Shown: positions 45,952-56,539 of the stretch, piece after piece
How the letters are laid out: the number at the start of each line of letters is the position of its first letter
How positions within the stretch are numbered: the stretch's first letter is position 1
Assembly: GCA_934446365.1 (NCBI GenBank)
Contig: CAKSDZ010000002.1
Span: 122,653-186,652, forward strand
DNA: 64,000 nt
Origin: an uncultured Eubacteriales bacterium
GTDB lineage: Bacteria > Bacillota > Clostridia > Oscillospirales > CAG-272
Direction: 5' to 3'
Notes under the pieces: model-generated
Told to the model about the DNA's origin: nothing
Databases searched by the model: none
Seen by the model: the letters and a program-made list of their open reading frames with translations, nothing else
Position numbers and translations under genes: made by a program

Positions 45952-47673
45952 TTAAATCTGGTATTTCGCAAGCTCGTTTTTCACAATTTCCGCAATCTTT
46001 TCCGCAGCTTCCGCAATCGGAAATTCGCCCTTCCACGATTTGTCGCGCAGGGAAACCTCGACAACACCGCGCTCGCAGGTTTTCGGCGACACGACGGCGC
46101 GCACCGGAATGCCGAACAAATCCGCATCCGCGAACATCGCGCCGGGACGGATATTGCGGTCGTCGTAAAGCACCTCGATTCCCGCCGACTGCAAGGCTTC
46201 ATACAGACGGTCCGCCGCCGCGCTCACGACTGCGTCGTCACAGCGGAGATTGCAGACCTCCACCTGCCACGGGGCGATGGACATCGGCCAAATGGGGCCG
46301 TAATCGTCGTGGCTTTCCTGGCAGATAGAAGCGCAAAGCCTTCCGATGCCGATGCCGTAGCAGCCCATAATCGGATTTTTCGCCTCTCCGTCCGCATCAA
46401 GATAGGTCATGCCCATCGATTTCGTATATTTGGTTCCGAGCTGGAAGATGTTCCCGACCTCGATTCCCTTTTGAATGGTAATCACCGGTTTTCCGCAGGA
46501 CGGGCATACCGCGCCCGCGTAAATCTTCGCAACATCGACATAGTTGACGTCCCCGATATCGCGCGCGATGTTGAAGCCCGTATAGTGATAATCCGTCTCG
46601 TTCGCGCCGCAGACGAGATTGCAGGCTCCGGCAAGAGAACGGTCCCAAACGACCGTAACCCCGTCGGGAAGTCCGAGCGCACCGATAAAGCCCGCGACGA
46701 TGCCGCTTTCCTCCGTGATGACCGCCGGATGGAATTCACCCCCGAGGAAATTGCGCAGCTTGGTCTCATTGACGTCGAGATCGCCGCGGATAAAGACGAT
46801 GACGTAGGAATCGTCCGCATTTTTCTGATAAACGACCGCCTTGCAAAGGCGTTTTTCGTCCGCATCGAGGAATTTTGCCAAATCATCGATGGTTTTTGCA
46901 CCGGGCGTATGGATTTTGGTGAGCGGCGCGTCCTCTGCCTGTCCGTTTTTCACGATGCATTCCGCCGCCTCCATATTCGCCTTATAGCCGCACTCCGGAC
47001 AAATGGCGAGCGTATCCTCTCCGATTTCGGAAAGCAGCATGAATTCATGCGACACACTGCCGCCCATCATGCCGGAATCCGATTTGACCGCGATGACGTT
47101 TTTTGCGCCGGCACGGCGGAAAATGCGCTCATACGCCTCGTAGCAGCGCTCATAATAGGCTTCCAGATCCTCCTGCGACGTGTGGAACGAATAGGCGTCC
47201 TTCATGGTAAATTCACGCACGCGAATCAGTCCCCCGCGTGCACGCGGTTCGTCGCGGAATTTCGTCTGAATCTGATAAATCATAAACGGAAAATCCGCAT
47301 AGGATTTCGCCGTATCGCGCGCGAGGTGGACGGCCGCCTCCTCGTGCGTCATGCCGAGCACCATGTTGTTGCCGCCTCTGTCCTTGAAGCGCGCCATCTC
47401 GCTGCCGATGCTCGTATACCGGCCTGACTGCTCCCACAGCGTCGCCGGCATCACCACGGGAAACAGCACCTCCTCGCCGTCGATGCGGTCCATCTCCTCA
47501 CGGATGATTTTTTCGATTTTGGACGTGATCCGTTTTGCCGGCGTAAACAGAGAATAAATCCCGTTTCCCACGTATTTCATATAGCCACCGCGCATCATGA
47601 GCGCATGACTTGCAATCACACAGTCTTTCGGCGCTTCCTTGAAGCGTTCGCCGAGCATTTTGGCAACTTTCAT
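45952..47673 (-). CDS. proS: Prolyl-tRNA synthetase
   Basis: HALMMRGGYMKYVGNGIYSLFTPAKRI...FRDEPRARGGLIRVREFTMKDAYSFH. Confidence 0.97.
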   Translation of the reverse strand: MKVAKMLGERFKEAPKDCVIASHALMMRGGYMKYVGNGIYSLFTPAKRITSKIEKIIREEMDRIDGEEVLFPVVMPATLWEQSGRYTSIGSEMARFKDRGGNNMVLGMTHEEAAVHLARDTAKSYADFPFMIYQIQTKFRDEPRARGGLIRVREFTMKDAYSFHTSQEDLEAYYERCYEAYERIFRRAGAKNVIAVKSDSGMMGGSVSHEFMLLSEIGEDTLAICPECGYKANMEAAECIVKNGQAEDAPLTKIHTPGAKTIDDLAKFLDADEKRLCKAVVYQKNADDSYVIVFIRGDLDVNETKLRNFLGGEFHPAVITEESGIVAGFIGALGLPDGVTVVWDRSLAGACNLVCGANETDYHYTGFNIARDIGDVNYVDVAKIYAGAVCPSCGKPVITIQKGIEVGNIFQLGTKYTKSMGMTYLDADGEAKNPIMGCYGIGIGRLCASICQESHDDYGPIWPMSIAPWQVEVCNLRCDDAVVSAAADRLYEALQSAGIEVLYDDRNIRPGAMFADADLFGIPVRAVVSPKTCERGVVEVSLRDKSWKGEFPIAEAAEKIAEIVKNELAKYQI

Positions 47674-47796
47674 TGATTCCTCCGATGTTTTTCATTTCTT
47701 AACAAAATTCAGTTTTTACGCTTATATATAATAGGATTATATCATTGTACGAAATCGATGTCAAGCGGATAAAAAGAAATCCGGCAAGGATTTGCC

Positions 47797-47835
47797 AAAA
47801 AAGCCTCCCGCTGCTCTGCGGGAGGCTTTCATTTT
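47797..47835 (-). terminator. Bidirectional terminator after the 47852-49504 gene
   Basis: GCCTCCCGC-tgctct-GCGGGAGGC flanked by AAAAAA and TTTCATTTT. Confidence 0.85.
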
Positions 47836-47851
47836 ATCGACAGATGTTGAT

Positions 47852-49504
47852 TTAAAAAAGGTTTTGGCTGAACACCAAAATATAATAGTCTCCCGACTGA
47901 AAGGTGGAAAGCAGCGCCTGATAAGCAAGCATCTCTTTATAAATATCGGTCGTCTTGAGCGTCGCATATTCGCTCTCCGTGAGCATCAGGAAATAGGTTT
48001 CCTGCCCTTCTTGGTCCTTATACCAATTCTCCGACGACTGATAGCGGTTGGGAGAAATGCCGGAGGCGCTCAGGTTGATATTTCTGACCTTGACCTTGCT
48101 GTCCGAAAGGAGCGTCGCGCGTCCCGCATTCCAAAAGGTGGCGTAGCCATACGTCAAGTCGCGCGCTTCAAGCTCTTCCAACGTCATATAGATCGAATCA
48201 TCCCTGCCGTAGTCCGCCGGTATGGAAACGACCGTTTTGACATTGATGAGGGAAAAAGCGAGGATTACCGCCATGATAAGCCCGCCTATCCGCTTGCCGA
48301 CGATTTCATTTTCACAAATCAGCCATTTGATGCACAGAAACGTCACGACAGCGGAGCTGCCGACAAAGGGCGTCAGACGCCATGCCGCAACGGAAAGCAT
48401 TCCGCAGATATAGCCGAACAGGATCACGCCCGTCAAAAGAACATGGGCAAGCAGCGCGATTTTCGTGTACCGATCGCGGATTTTATGATACCGAAACAGA
48501 AGAATGCACGGACACACGAGCATGAGAAGCGCGCCGGCAAGCCTTATCATCGTCAAAACGGAGGCAAAGGAGAACAGTGCCGCCGGTGTCTCAATGCCGA
48601 GAAGCGAGAAATAATGCTCGAAAAATTTGCCCGCATTTTCATGCCAAGTGGAAAGCGACGACCACAGAGAATAGGAATTTTCATAGTATGCGTCAATCTT
48701 GCCGGACTGTGTGATGACCGCCAGAACGGCAAGTCCCATAAGAGAGCCCAGAATCACGATAACGGCGATGATATATTTTCTTCCGTTATTCCATGAAATG
48801 AGCGGGGTTTCCTTGTCAAAAAAGGCATAAAGCGCAAGTGCGCCGAGCGCCGGCACGACCGTTATCGCCAGCACCTGAAAGCTGTCCGTACCGCACCCAA
48901 GGCAGACGGCAAACAGAAGCGCCGACCAAATGATGAGCCGCGCCCGCTTCCCCTTCTCCCACGGACTGTCGAGAACCCGGAAAATCAGTCCGAGCAGGAG
49001 AAAAACAAGCAGAATGCCGAGGCTGTAATAGATCGTGTGCTCCCACATGATCTCGCGCAGCTTTTCCGAGCCGGACAAAATAAGCACGGTGGAAAACACG
49101 GCCGCGGCCGTCCACTTCCAGCCCCATTTCATGGAACGGAAGAAAAACGCCAGCACCGCGCAGAAAAGAACGGCAAATACCGACATGCTGAGAATCTGTG
49201 CCGGCATCGAAAGTCCAAAGACCGCGACCGCGGGCACCATCCATATAAAGGAGCCGAACGGCAGAATCGCCGCGTAATAAAAATCCTCGGCCAAAATCTT
49301 TCCGGATTCCAGCGCCGCATTTGCCCACAGAATCGAATCCGTGCAGTCGGAATGGAAATACCCCTCGGAGGGTCCGATGATATAGTAGAGAATCACGCCG
49401 AGCGACAGGAGAAAGAGCGGCAGGGCGACGAGAAGATCCGTCAGCCACCGCTTCTCCCGAAATTTTTGAAAATATGCCGCAAGCTTCATATCGATCCCTT
49501 TCAT
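47852..49504 (-). CDS. Polytopic membrane protein, GT-C-like glycosyltransferase candidate (alternative start 49489)
   Basis: At least 10 predicted hydrophobic helices, followed by a soluble ~150-aa C-terminal domain. The ATG at 49489 has the better RBS (AAAGGGA). Confidence 0.6.
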   Translation of the reverse strand: MKGIDMKLAAYFQKFREKRWLTDLLVALPLFLLSLGVILYYIIGPSEGYFHSDCTDSILWANAALESGKILAEDFYYAAILPFGSFIWMVPAVAVFGLSMPAQILSMSVFAVLFCAVLAFFFRSMKWGWKWTAAAVFSTVLILSGSEKLREIMWEHTIYYSLGILLVFLLLGLIFRVLDSPWEKGKRARLIIWSALLFAVCLGCGTDSFQVLAITVVPALGALALYAFFDKETPLISWNNGRKYIIAVIVILGSLMGLAVLAVITQSGKIDAYYENSYSLWSSLSTWHENAGKFFEHYFSLLGIETPAALFSFASVLTMIRLAGALLMLVCPCILLFRYHKIRDRYTKIALLAHVLLTGVILFGYICGMLSVAAWRLTPFVGSSAVVTFLCIKWLICENEIVGKRIGGLIMAVILAFSLINVKTVVSIPADYGRDDSIYMTLEELEARDLTYGYATFWNAGRATLLSDSKVKVRNINLSASGISPNRYQSSENWYKDQEGQETYFLMLTESEYATLKTTDIYKEMLAYQALLSTFQSGDYYILVFSQNLF

Positions 49505-49516
49505 ACGAAAATCCCG

Positions 49517-51091
49517 TTAAGAATCTTCATTCGCCGATTTTTCTTCATGATATTCCTTCTCCGTATTCACGTTCCAAACCGGCTCCTTGTCATGCGAGCC
49601 GGATGCGACGGCACGCACGGCTTCCATCGCCGTCAGCATCGAATGATCCATGTTGTTATAGCGGTGCTGGCCGTTTCTGCCGATGCACCACAGATTGTCG
49701 ATTCCGTCGAGATAAGCGCGGACCGTATCAAACTGCTCGTAGGTGCCGAAATACGCCGGATATGCCTTTTTGATTTTGATGCGAACGCTGTCGAGCACGT
49801 CCGCAGGGTCGATGACGCCGATTTTGGCAAGCTCCTCCGTGGCAAAGCGGATGAAATCCTCATCGGACATGCTCCAAAGCTCGTCCCCCTCGTTGCAGAA
49901 ATATTCAAGCCCGATCCAAACGGTATGCTCAAAATCCTTCACCATATAAGGCGACCAGTTATTGAAAATTTGAAGCCTGCCGAGCTTCACATCCCGTTCC
50001 TGCACATAAATCCAGCAGTCCGGCACGATATTTCCGACCGTTTTCATTTTCGTCTGGTTTTGAATCTTCAATTTGTCCACAAGCAGACCGACCGTGATAA
50101 AATCGCGGTACGGCAGAGCCGAGGCGATGTCATGAACCTCCCTTGGCACGACCTCTCCCATCCCTTCGATGAGGTCTTTCACCGGCATCGAGGAAAAATA
50201 GACGTCGGCCGTCATGCGTTCCCTCGCGCCGCCGCGGTCTGCGACAATGCCGGAAATGTGATGTCCGTCCGTTTCGATTGTCTCCACCCGGCAGTTCCGG
50301 ATGATCTCGCCGCCCATCTCTTCCACGCGGGAGGCCAGCGTCTCCCAAAGCTGTCCCGGTCCCTTTTTCGGATACAGATACTGCTCGATGAGTGAGGTTT
50401 CCACATGATTTTTGTCTTTCTTGAACGGCTTCGAGAGAAACGCCCACACGGCACGCATGAGGGAAAGCCCCTTGACGCGTTGTGCGCCCCAGTCCGCGGA
50501 GATATCCGCGGGATTGCGTCCCCAAACCTTTTCCGTGTAATCCTCAAAAAACATCTCATAGAGCGGCGCGCCGAAGCGGTTGATATAAAAGTTTTTGAGC
50601 GAATCCTCTTTTTTCTTGAATATACACGACCACACGTAGCCGAAGCCCGCCTTCATCGTGCGGGCAAAGCCCATATTTTTCAGCGTTTCTCCTTTGAGAG
50701 AAATCGGATAGTCGAAAAATTTCTGCAAAAAATAGATTCTCGACACACGGCCGCGCAGCAGCATGACCTCGTCTTCCTTTTCCGGATCCGGTCCCGTTTT
50801 GGCAATCGGCTTTTCTCTTTCCAAGAGAATATCGTCGATGGACGGCGCGCCTTGAAGCGGCATCAGCTCCTGCCAAAGCGCATTGACCTCGCGGCTTTTG
50901 GAGAAAAAGCGGTGACCGCCGATGTCGATGCGGTTCCCGTGATATTCGACGGTTCTCGAAATACCGCCTATGATGTCGCTTTCCTCGACAATGACAGGCT
51001 TTATATCCGTCGTTTTCAAAAGCTCATATGCCGCGGTAAGTCCCGCAGGTCCCGCTCCGATAATCAATGCGGTTTTCGGTGTTTCGTTCAT
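49517..51091 (-). CDS. FAD/NAD(P)-binding oxidoreductase (UDP-galactopyranose mutase / amine-oxidase-like fold)
   Basis: [17 protein letters not shown]...[12 protein letters not shown]...[10 protein letters not shown] dinucleotide-binding pattern. Confidence 0.75.
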   Translation of the reverse strand: MNETPKTALIIGAGPAGLTAAYELLKTTDIKPVIVEESDIIGGISRTVEYHGNRIDIGGHRFFSKSREVNALWQELMPLQGAPSIDDILLEREKPIAKTGPDPEKEDEVMLLRGRVSRIYFLQKFFDYPISLKGETLKNMGFARTMKAGFGYVWSCIFKKKEDSLKNFYINRFGAPLYEMFFEDYTEKVWGRNPADISADWGAQRVKGLSLMRAVWAFLSKPFKKDKNHVETSLIEQYLYPKKGPGQLWETLASRVEEMGGEIIRNCRVETIETDGHHISGIVADRGGARERMTADVYFSSMPVKDLIEGMGEVVPREVHDIASALPYRDFITVGLLVDKLKIQNQTKMKTVGNIVPDCWIYVQERDVKLGRLQIFNNWSPYMVKDFEHTVWIGLEYFCNEGDELWSMSDEDFIRFATEELAKIGVIDPADVLDSVRIKIKKAYPAYFGTYEQFDTVRAYLDGIDNLWCIGRNGQHRYNNMDHSMLTAMEAVRAVASGSHDKEPVWNVNTEKEYHEEKSANEDS

Positions 51092-51124
51092 ATCCGTTAT
51101 CCTTTCCTTTTCATGTAAAATCCT

Positions 51125-51559
51125 TTACCTGCCGCGGTAAACAAAGAGCTTGCGTCCTACATAGTTCCATATCAGCACGATGCCTTTGACAACACAGGAG
51201 AGCAGCAGGTACCACAGGCCATGGTCCCCGATGAAGCGCGTGCCGAGAAGCGTCAAAAGCTCCGTGATGCCGAAGCCGACGACACCGACGGCGACATAGA
51301 TGAAAAATGCTCCCGCGGTTTTTCCGCGCGCACGCTGCTCCTCGCTTTTGAAAACAAATATATTGGACAAAATAAAATTGACAATCAAACCGGCGATAAA
51401 TCCGACGGCAACGGAAATCGCAACATAGGTCTTATCATCCTTTCCGGCGGAAAAAACATGATACAGCATCAGATAATTCACCGCCATATCCACGACGGCA
51501 GCCACACCGCCCACCACGGCATAGCGCAGAAATTCAAACAAGGTATCTCTTTTTTTCAT
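51125..51559 (-). CDS. GtrA-family membrane protein
   Basis: MKKRDTLFEFLRYAVVGGVAAVVDMAVNYLMLY...; four TM helices; ATG behind GGGGGA. Confidence 0.85.
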   Translation of the reverse strand: MKKRDTLFEFLRYAVVGGVAAVVDMAVNYLMLYHVFSAGKDDKTYVAISVAVGFIAGLIVNFILSNIFVFKSEEQRARGKTAGAFFIYVAVGVVGFGITELLTLLGTRFIGDHGLWYLLLSCVVKGIVLIWNYVGRKLFVYRGR

Positions 51560-51739
51560 GTATCCCCCATAAAGCATCGAAATCGAACGGCAAAAGCACA
51601 GGTGCGGACAGAAATGCCGCTTATTTTCCTGCGAGCCGATTATATCTCTTGACCTGCCGGTCGTCCTCCGTCAAGCGCCATGCAAAGCCGATAAGGAAAA
51701 CGGCTCGCTCTATTCCCCACGCAAAAACCAAACGGGCAC

Positions 51740-52189
51740 TTATCCGTTTTTCTCCATAACAAAATTGACAAGAAGAATGCCGCGCCGTTCAACCCGCTGC
51801 TCTCTGACAACCTGATAGCCGCGCTTTTCAAAAAAAGGTCTTGCCGTAACAGAAGCGTGTGTGATGACCTTTCCCGGAACCGCCTGCTCCAATTCATCGC
51901 AAAGGACAGTGGCGACGCCTTGCCTCTGATAATCCTTATGGACATACAGCCGGTCGAGATAGCCCGTTTTATCGATATCCCCAAAGCCTATGACGGTTTT
52001 ATCCGTTTCCGCGACAAAGCAAAAATGCTCCGAAAACGAACGGCTCCATTTTTCCGGCTCCATATCGTCCGGCGCCCACGCATTCACCTGCTCGCTTGTA
52101 TAATCCTTTATATTGACGGCATGAACCGTGTCGTAAAACAACCCGTAAAGTTTCCTGCAATCTTCCGGACGGTATTTTCTGATGATCAT
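51740..52189 (-). CDS. GNAT-family N-acetyltransferase
   Basis: RLYVHKDYQRQGVATVLCDELE acetyl-CoA binding motif. Confidence 0.85.
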   Translation of the reverse strand: MIIRKYRPEDCRKLYGLFYDTVHAVNIKDYTSEQVNAWAPDDMEPEKWSRSFSEHFCFVAETDKTVIGFGDIDKTGYLDRLYVHKDYQRQGVATVLCDELEQAVPGKVITHASVTARPFFEKRGYQVVREQRVERRGILLVNFVMEKNG

Positions 52190-52345
52190 GCGCCAAACAT
52201 CTCTCTTTTCAAAGAAGGATATCGGTATTTAGTCGTATCAAATACATTCTTTTCGCAGCTTCATATTAACGCTTTCACCAAATTTATTATATTATATAAT
52301 TTGTTTTATTTCAAGATAAGAAAGGCAAAAGAAAGAAAATTCTTC

Positions 52346-52380
52346 CGAAAAATAAAAAGCACCCGGTGAGATGGGCGCTT
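52346..52380 (-). terminator. rpsT terminator
   Basis: Minus strand AGCGCCC-atctcacc-GGGTGCT (one G-U pair) followed by TTTTTATTTTT. Confidence 0.7.
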
Positions 52381-52401
52381 TTCGTTTTTTATCGGATAAG
52401 A

Positions 52402-52668
52402 TCAGCCGTTCATACGGTTGAGCATGGAAGTAAATCTGCTCTTTTTTCTTGCGGCATTGTTCTTGTGAAGAATACCGTGAGCAACTGCCTGGTCGATCTT
52501 CTTGACAGCCTGCTTGTAGGTCTCCTGGGCGGCAGCTTTGTCGCCTGCTGCCACAGCGGCTTCATATTTTTTGAGATCGGTTTTGAGAGCGGATTTGAAC
52601 ATCTTGTTTTGAAGCGTCTTCGTCTCGATGACCTTAACGCGCTTTTTCGCTGACTTAATATTCGGCAC
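52402..52668 (-). CDS. rpsT: 30S ribosomal protein S20
   Basis: PNIKSAKKRVKVIETKTLQNKMFKSALKT. AAGGAGG abuts the track start, so the GTG at 52668 is preferred. Confidence 0.93.
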   Translation of the reverse strand: MPNIKSAKKRVKVIETKTLQNKMFKSALKTDLKKYEAAVAAGDKAAAQETYKQAVKKIDQAVAHGILHKNNAARKKSRFTSMLNRMNG

Positions 52669-52827
52669 TGTATACACCTCCTTGTTGGTTCTGATAAAAT
52701 CGGGAAACCGCCATGAGAGGGTGGCGTCCTGCCCTTTTTATCTGCATTTACTGTTTTATCATATCATTTATTTCGGCAAATATCAATAGGTTTTTCAAAA
52801 AATATTTGAAAGAATTTCCGATATTCG

Positions 52828-53538
52828 CTATTCCTTTTTCTTTTTAAAGGAAAATTTAGACTCTTCTCCCGCAATCAGGCGCTGGATATTCTTCCGATGG
52901 AGGAACACGACAAGCGCCGCCATCAGAATCGTACAGATAATCGACGCGGGAGGCGGCGGCGAAAACCAAAACGGCATAATGCTGTTGCAGACGGGAATGA
53001 GAAGCGATCCGATAATGGAACCGAGCGAGACATATCCCGAAAGCGCCACCGTCAGCACGAAAACAATCATGAGAAAGATCCACGCCGGCGGATTGATGAC
53101 GAGCACCACGCCGGCAAGGCTTGCGACGCATTTTCCGCCGCGGAAGCCGAAAAAGATCGGAAACGCATGTCCGATAAGGCACATAAACCCGGAAATGAAC
53201 GCAAAGCCGGTATACCACGGCATAACAAGAAGTCCCATCGCCGTCGCGACGAAAGATTTTGTAAAGTCTCCGGCAAAGGTCAAAAGCGCGGATTTAACCC
53301 CATAGGTACGCAGCATATTGGTCGAGCCGGCGTTGCCGCTTCCATGGTCCCTCACATCGTCGGCATACATTTTGCGCGAAAAAATAACCGCGAAATTGAT
53401 GCTGCCGAGCAGATACGGAACGACGACACACAGCACGGCGCAAATGGCAAACACCATCGGATTGTCCGCATATCCAAGCTCGCCGATAAGTCCGTTCCAA
53501 ATGAGCTTCGGCAAGCCCGAAAGTTCTGATGAATCCAT
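52828..53538 (-). CDS. plsY: Glycerol-3-phosphate acyltransferase PlsY
   Basis: GSINFAVIFSRKMYADDVRDHGSGNAGSTNMLRTYG. Confidence 0.93.
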   Translation of the reverse strand: MDSSELSGLPKLIWNGLIGELGYADNPMVFAICAVLCVVVPYLLGSINFAVIFSRKMYADDVRDHGSGNAGSTNMLRTYGVKSALLTFAGDFTKSFVATAMGLLVMPWYTGFAFISGFMCLIGHAFPIFFGFRGGKCVASLAGVVLVINPPAWIFLMIVFVLTVALSGYVSLGSIIGSLLIPVCNSIMPFWFSPPPPASIICTILMAALVVFLHRKNIQRLIAGEESKFSFKKKKE

Positions 53539-53553
53539 ATGATTCCCCTCCGT

Positions 53554-54879
53554 TTATTCGTCGCCCTTTTGGCGAATGACAAAGCGTATCGGCGTTCCGG
53601 TAAAGCCGAACACCTCACGCAGCTTATTTTCGAGATAACGCTGATAAGAGAAATGGAAAAGCTCCGCATCGTTGCAGAAAATGACGAAGGTCGGCGGCCT
53701 TACGCCCGATTCCGTCATATAGTAAATTTTCAGTCTCCGCCCCTTATCGGTCGGCGGCTGAACCCTTGTCACCGCGTCGGAAAGCACATCGTTGAGCATT
53801 CCCGTGGAAATCCGCAGGGACGCCTGCTCATTTACGTATACGATATGCTCAAAGAGCTTCGGCAGACGCTGCCCCGTTTTCGCGGATATGAAAAGAATCG
53901 GCGCATACGGCATATAGGCAAGCGCCGTCCGGATTTTATCGGTATAGCTCTTGACCGAGGAATTATCTTTCTCGACAAGGTCCCACTTGTTCACGACGAT
54001 GATGCACGCCTTCCCCGCCTCATGGGCGATACCCGCGATTTTTTCGTCCTGCTCGGTAATGCCCTCCGCAGCGTCGATGAGAATCAGACACACATCCGCA
54101 CGTTCCACCGCGGAATGCGCGCGCAGCACGCTGTATTTCTCGATTTTGTCGAGGACGCGGCTCTGTCTGCGAATGCCAGCGGTATCGATAAAGGTGAACT
54201 TCCCGTATTCGTTTTCGACAAAGCTGTCGATGGCGTCGCGCGTGGTGCCGGCCATGTCGGAAACGATCATGCGGTCCTCGCCCAAAATCCGGTTAACAAG
54301 CGAGCTTTTTCCCGCATTCGGCTTGCCGATGACCGCCACCTTGATGGAATCGTCCTCCTCCGCCGGCGCGTCGTCTGCCGGAGAAAGCTCCAAAATCCGG
54401 TCGAGCAGGTCGCCCGTTCCCGTTCCGTGAACGGAAGAGAGGGCGATCGGGTCCCCGTCGAAGCCAAGCTCATAAAATTCATAATATTCCAGCGGCAGCG
54501 CGCCCACGGAATCGATTTTATTCACACACAGAATCACAGGCTTCCCGCTCTTGATTAACATCACCGCGATGTCGCGGTCGTCGGCGGTGACGCCCGCATG
54601 GATGTCGCACATGAAAACGATGACGTCGGCGGTCTCGATTGCGATTTCCGCCTGTGTTTTCATTTTTTCGAGGATCATATCGTCCGTTTTCGGCTCGATT
54701 CCGCCCGTGTCGATAAGCACAATCGGCTTGCCGTTCCATTCGGTTTCATAATAGATGCGGTCGCGCGTCACGCCCGGCACATCCTCCACAATGGATATGC
54801 GGGAGCCGGCAATTTTATTAAAAAGCGTGCTCTTGCCGACGTTCGGACGTCCGACAATCGCCGCCACGGTCTTTGCCAT
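53554..54879 (-). CDS. der: Ribosome-biogenesis GTPase Der (EngA)
   Basis: Two G domains: GRPNVGKSTLFN and GKPNAGKSSLVN, plus a KH-like C-terminus. Confidence 0.97.
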   Translation of the reverse strand: MAKTVAAIVGRPNVGKSTLFNKIAGSRISIVEDVPGVTRDRIYYETEWNGKPIVLIDTGGIEPKTDDMILEKMKTQAEIAIETADVIVFMCDIHAGVTADDRDIAVMLIKSGKPVILCVNKIDSVGALPLEYYEFYELGFDGDPIALSSVHGTGTGDLLDRILELSPADDAPAEEDDSIKVAVIGKPNAGKSSLVNRILGEDRMIVSDMAGTTRDAIDSFVENEYGKFTFIDTAGIRRQSRVLDKIEKYSVLRAHSAVERADVCLILIDAAEGITEQDEKIAGIAHEAGKACIIVVNKWDLVEKDNSSVKSYTDKIRTALAYMPYAPILFISAKTGQRLPKLFEHIVYVNEQASLRISTGMLNDVLSDAVTRVQPPTDKGRRLKIYYMTESGVRPPTFVIFCNDAELFHFSYQRYLENKLREVFGFTGTPIRFVIRQKGDE

Positions 54880-54898
54880 AAAATCGCACCTGCCTTTC

Positions 54899-56200
54899 TC
54901 ACAGATTTCCTGTGATTTTATCTAAAAATTCATAGCCGTCGTTGGCACAAGGCTCGACCTCCACCCCCAATGCCTCGGACAGCTCGGAGACGCTCATGCC
55001 GCAGAGAAAGAGGTCCCCTTCGTACCGCAGAGAACTCATCGGAATGAAAAGCGCCTCGCCGAGCGGCTTTCCCCGGAGCTGCTCCAAAAGGTCCTGCCCC
55101 GTCAGAAGTCCCGCGACGGTAATGCTTTCCCCGAAATAATGATTGTCAATTTGATATACGTTTATATGAATGCCCGAAAATTTTTCCTCAATCCGGTCGC
55201 ACAGCCCGCGGATAAATGTATACGCCGCGGCGCCCGTCGCCACCGAAACAGCTCTTTTTCGCCCGTCGTCCTGCACCTGCGAGAGCGCATCGTCGAACTC
55301 CTCCCTCATCGACGCCATCATGCCGACGCCGTTTTCGAGCTGACGGAAGCCCTCGTAATAGTCCGCATCCGGAAGCGGCAGTCCCGCGGCGATATAAAGC
55401 TCATCCGCCGCGAAGAAAATGCGCTCTCCATAGCAGGAAAGGCAGCCCTCGGCGAACGTTTCCACCTGCGCCACCACGGCGGCCGCTTCCTCTCGGGAAA
55501 ACGGCGTCAGCGGATAGAGCCCCTTCCGATAACAGGTCATTCCTGCCGGCACAATCGAAACGCTCGTGACCGCCGGATAAAGGCAGGCAAGGTCGTGCAT
55601 CGTGCGTTCCAGCTCCGCGCCGTCGTTGACGCCGCGGCAGAGCACGATTTGGCAGTTCATCTCGGTTCCCGCGTCCGCAAAGCGTTTCAGATAGGAAAGC
55701 GACTTTCCGGCGTTCGGATTTTTCAGCATAAATACACGCAGCTCGGGATTTGTCGTATGCACCGATATGTTGATCGGCGACATTTTCATCTTGATAATGC
55801 GGTCGATATCCGCGTCGTCAAGATTGGTCATCGTGATGTAGTTGCCTTGGAGAAAGGAAAGACGGCTGTCGTCGTCCTTGAAATAGAGCGTATCCCGCAT
55901 GCCGCGCGGAAGCTGGTCGATAAAGCAGAAGATGCACTTGTTGCGGCAGGAATGCTTTTTATCCATCAGAAAGGTTTCAAATTCAAGACCGATGTCGTCG
56001 TATTCCCCTTTTTTGATATCGACCGGCCGCTCCGTTCCGTCGCGTGTGGTTATGATATGCAGCTTTTTCTCGCACAGATAAAAACGATAGTCCAGCACGT
56101 CCGCAATCCCGTTGCCGTTGACGGAAACCAGATAATCGCCGGGGCGGATTCCGTGCCTCTCGGCCGGAGAGCCCTTTACAACATCAGTGATCAAAACCAT
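54899..56200 (-). CDS. DUF512 protein with N-terminal PDZ domain (radical-SAM-like)
   Basis: VKGSPAERHGIRPGDYLVSVNG...CRNKCIFCFIDQLPRGMRDTLYFKDDDSRLSFLQGNYITMTNL. Confidence 0.85.
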   Translation of the reverse strand: MVLITDVVKGSPAERHGIRPGDYLVSVNGNGIADVLDYRFYLCEKKLHIITTRDGTERPVDIKKGEYDDIGLEFETFLMDKKHSCRNKCIFCFIDQLPRGMRDTLYFKDDDSRLSFLQGNYITMTNLDDADIDRIIKMKMSPINISVHTTNPELRVFMLKNPNAGKSLSYLKRFADAGTEMNCQIVLCRGVNDGAELERTMHDLACLYPAVTSVSIVPAGMTCYRKGLYPLTPFSREEAAAVVAQVETFAEGCLSCYGERIFFAADELYIAAGLPLPDADYYEGFRQLENGVGMMASMREEFDDALSQVQDDGRKRAVSVATGAAAYTFIRGLCDRIEEKFSGIHINVYQIDNHYFGESITVAGLLTGQDLLEQLRGKPLGEALFIPMSSLRYEGDLFLCGMSVSELSEALGVEVEPCANDGYEFLDKITGNL

Positions 56201-56293
56201 AACACTCCATCCGGGACCTTTTTGCGCTCCCATCCCCCGAAAAAGAAATACGGCAGGTATGCCTCTTGCCCGCATACCTGCCAGATTGCAAAA

Positions 56294-56476
56294 TCACGCG
56301 TCCTGTTTTACAATTTCCTTGCCGTTATATGTTCCGCAAGCTTTGCAAACTCTGTGTGAAAGATTGTACTCTCCGCATTTCGGGCATTTCGTCATACCCG
56401 GCAGATCAAGCTTCCATACGTTTGAACGTCTTTTATCGCGTCTTGCCTTCGATACTTTTCTCTTCGGTACTGCCAT
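56294..56476 (-). CDS. rpmF: 50S ribosomal protein L32
   Basis: [18 protein letters not shown]...[18 protein letters not shown]. Confidence 0.96.
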   Translation of the reverse strand: MAVPKRKVSKARRDKRRSNVWKLDLPGMTKCPKCGEYNLSHRVCKACGTYNGKEIVKQDA

Positions 56477-56539
56477 GTTACCTACACCTCCCCTTGCGCC
56501 GTCCGACAAGCCGGAGCGGCCGTCTCTTTATAAATTGCG

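Noticed and set aside
47674-47796. Looked for a T-box leader upstream of proS, and likewise upstream of leuS at 59692-59724.
   Set aside because: The regions are too short. They lack the GGTGGNACCGCG T-box sequence and a terminator or antiterminator pair. leuS is directly coupled to rsfS.
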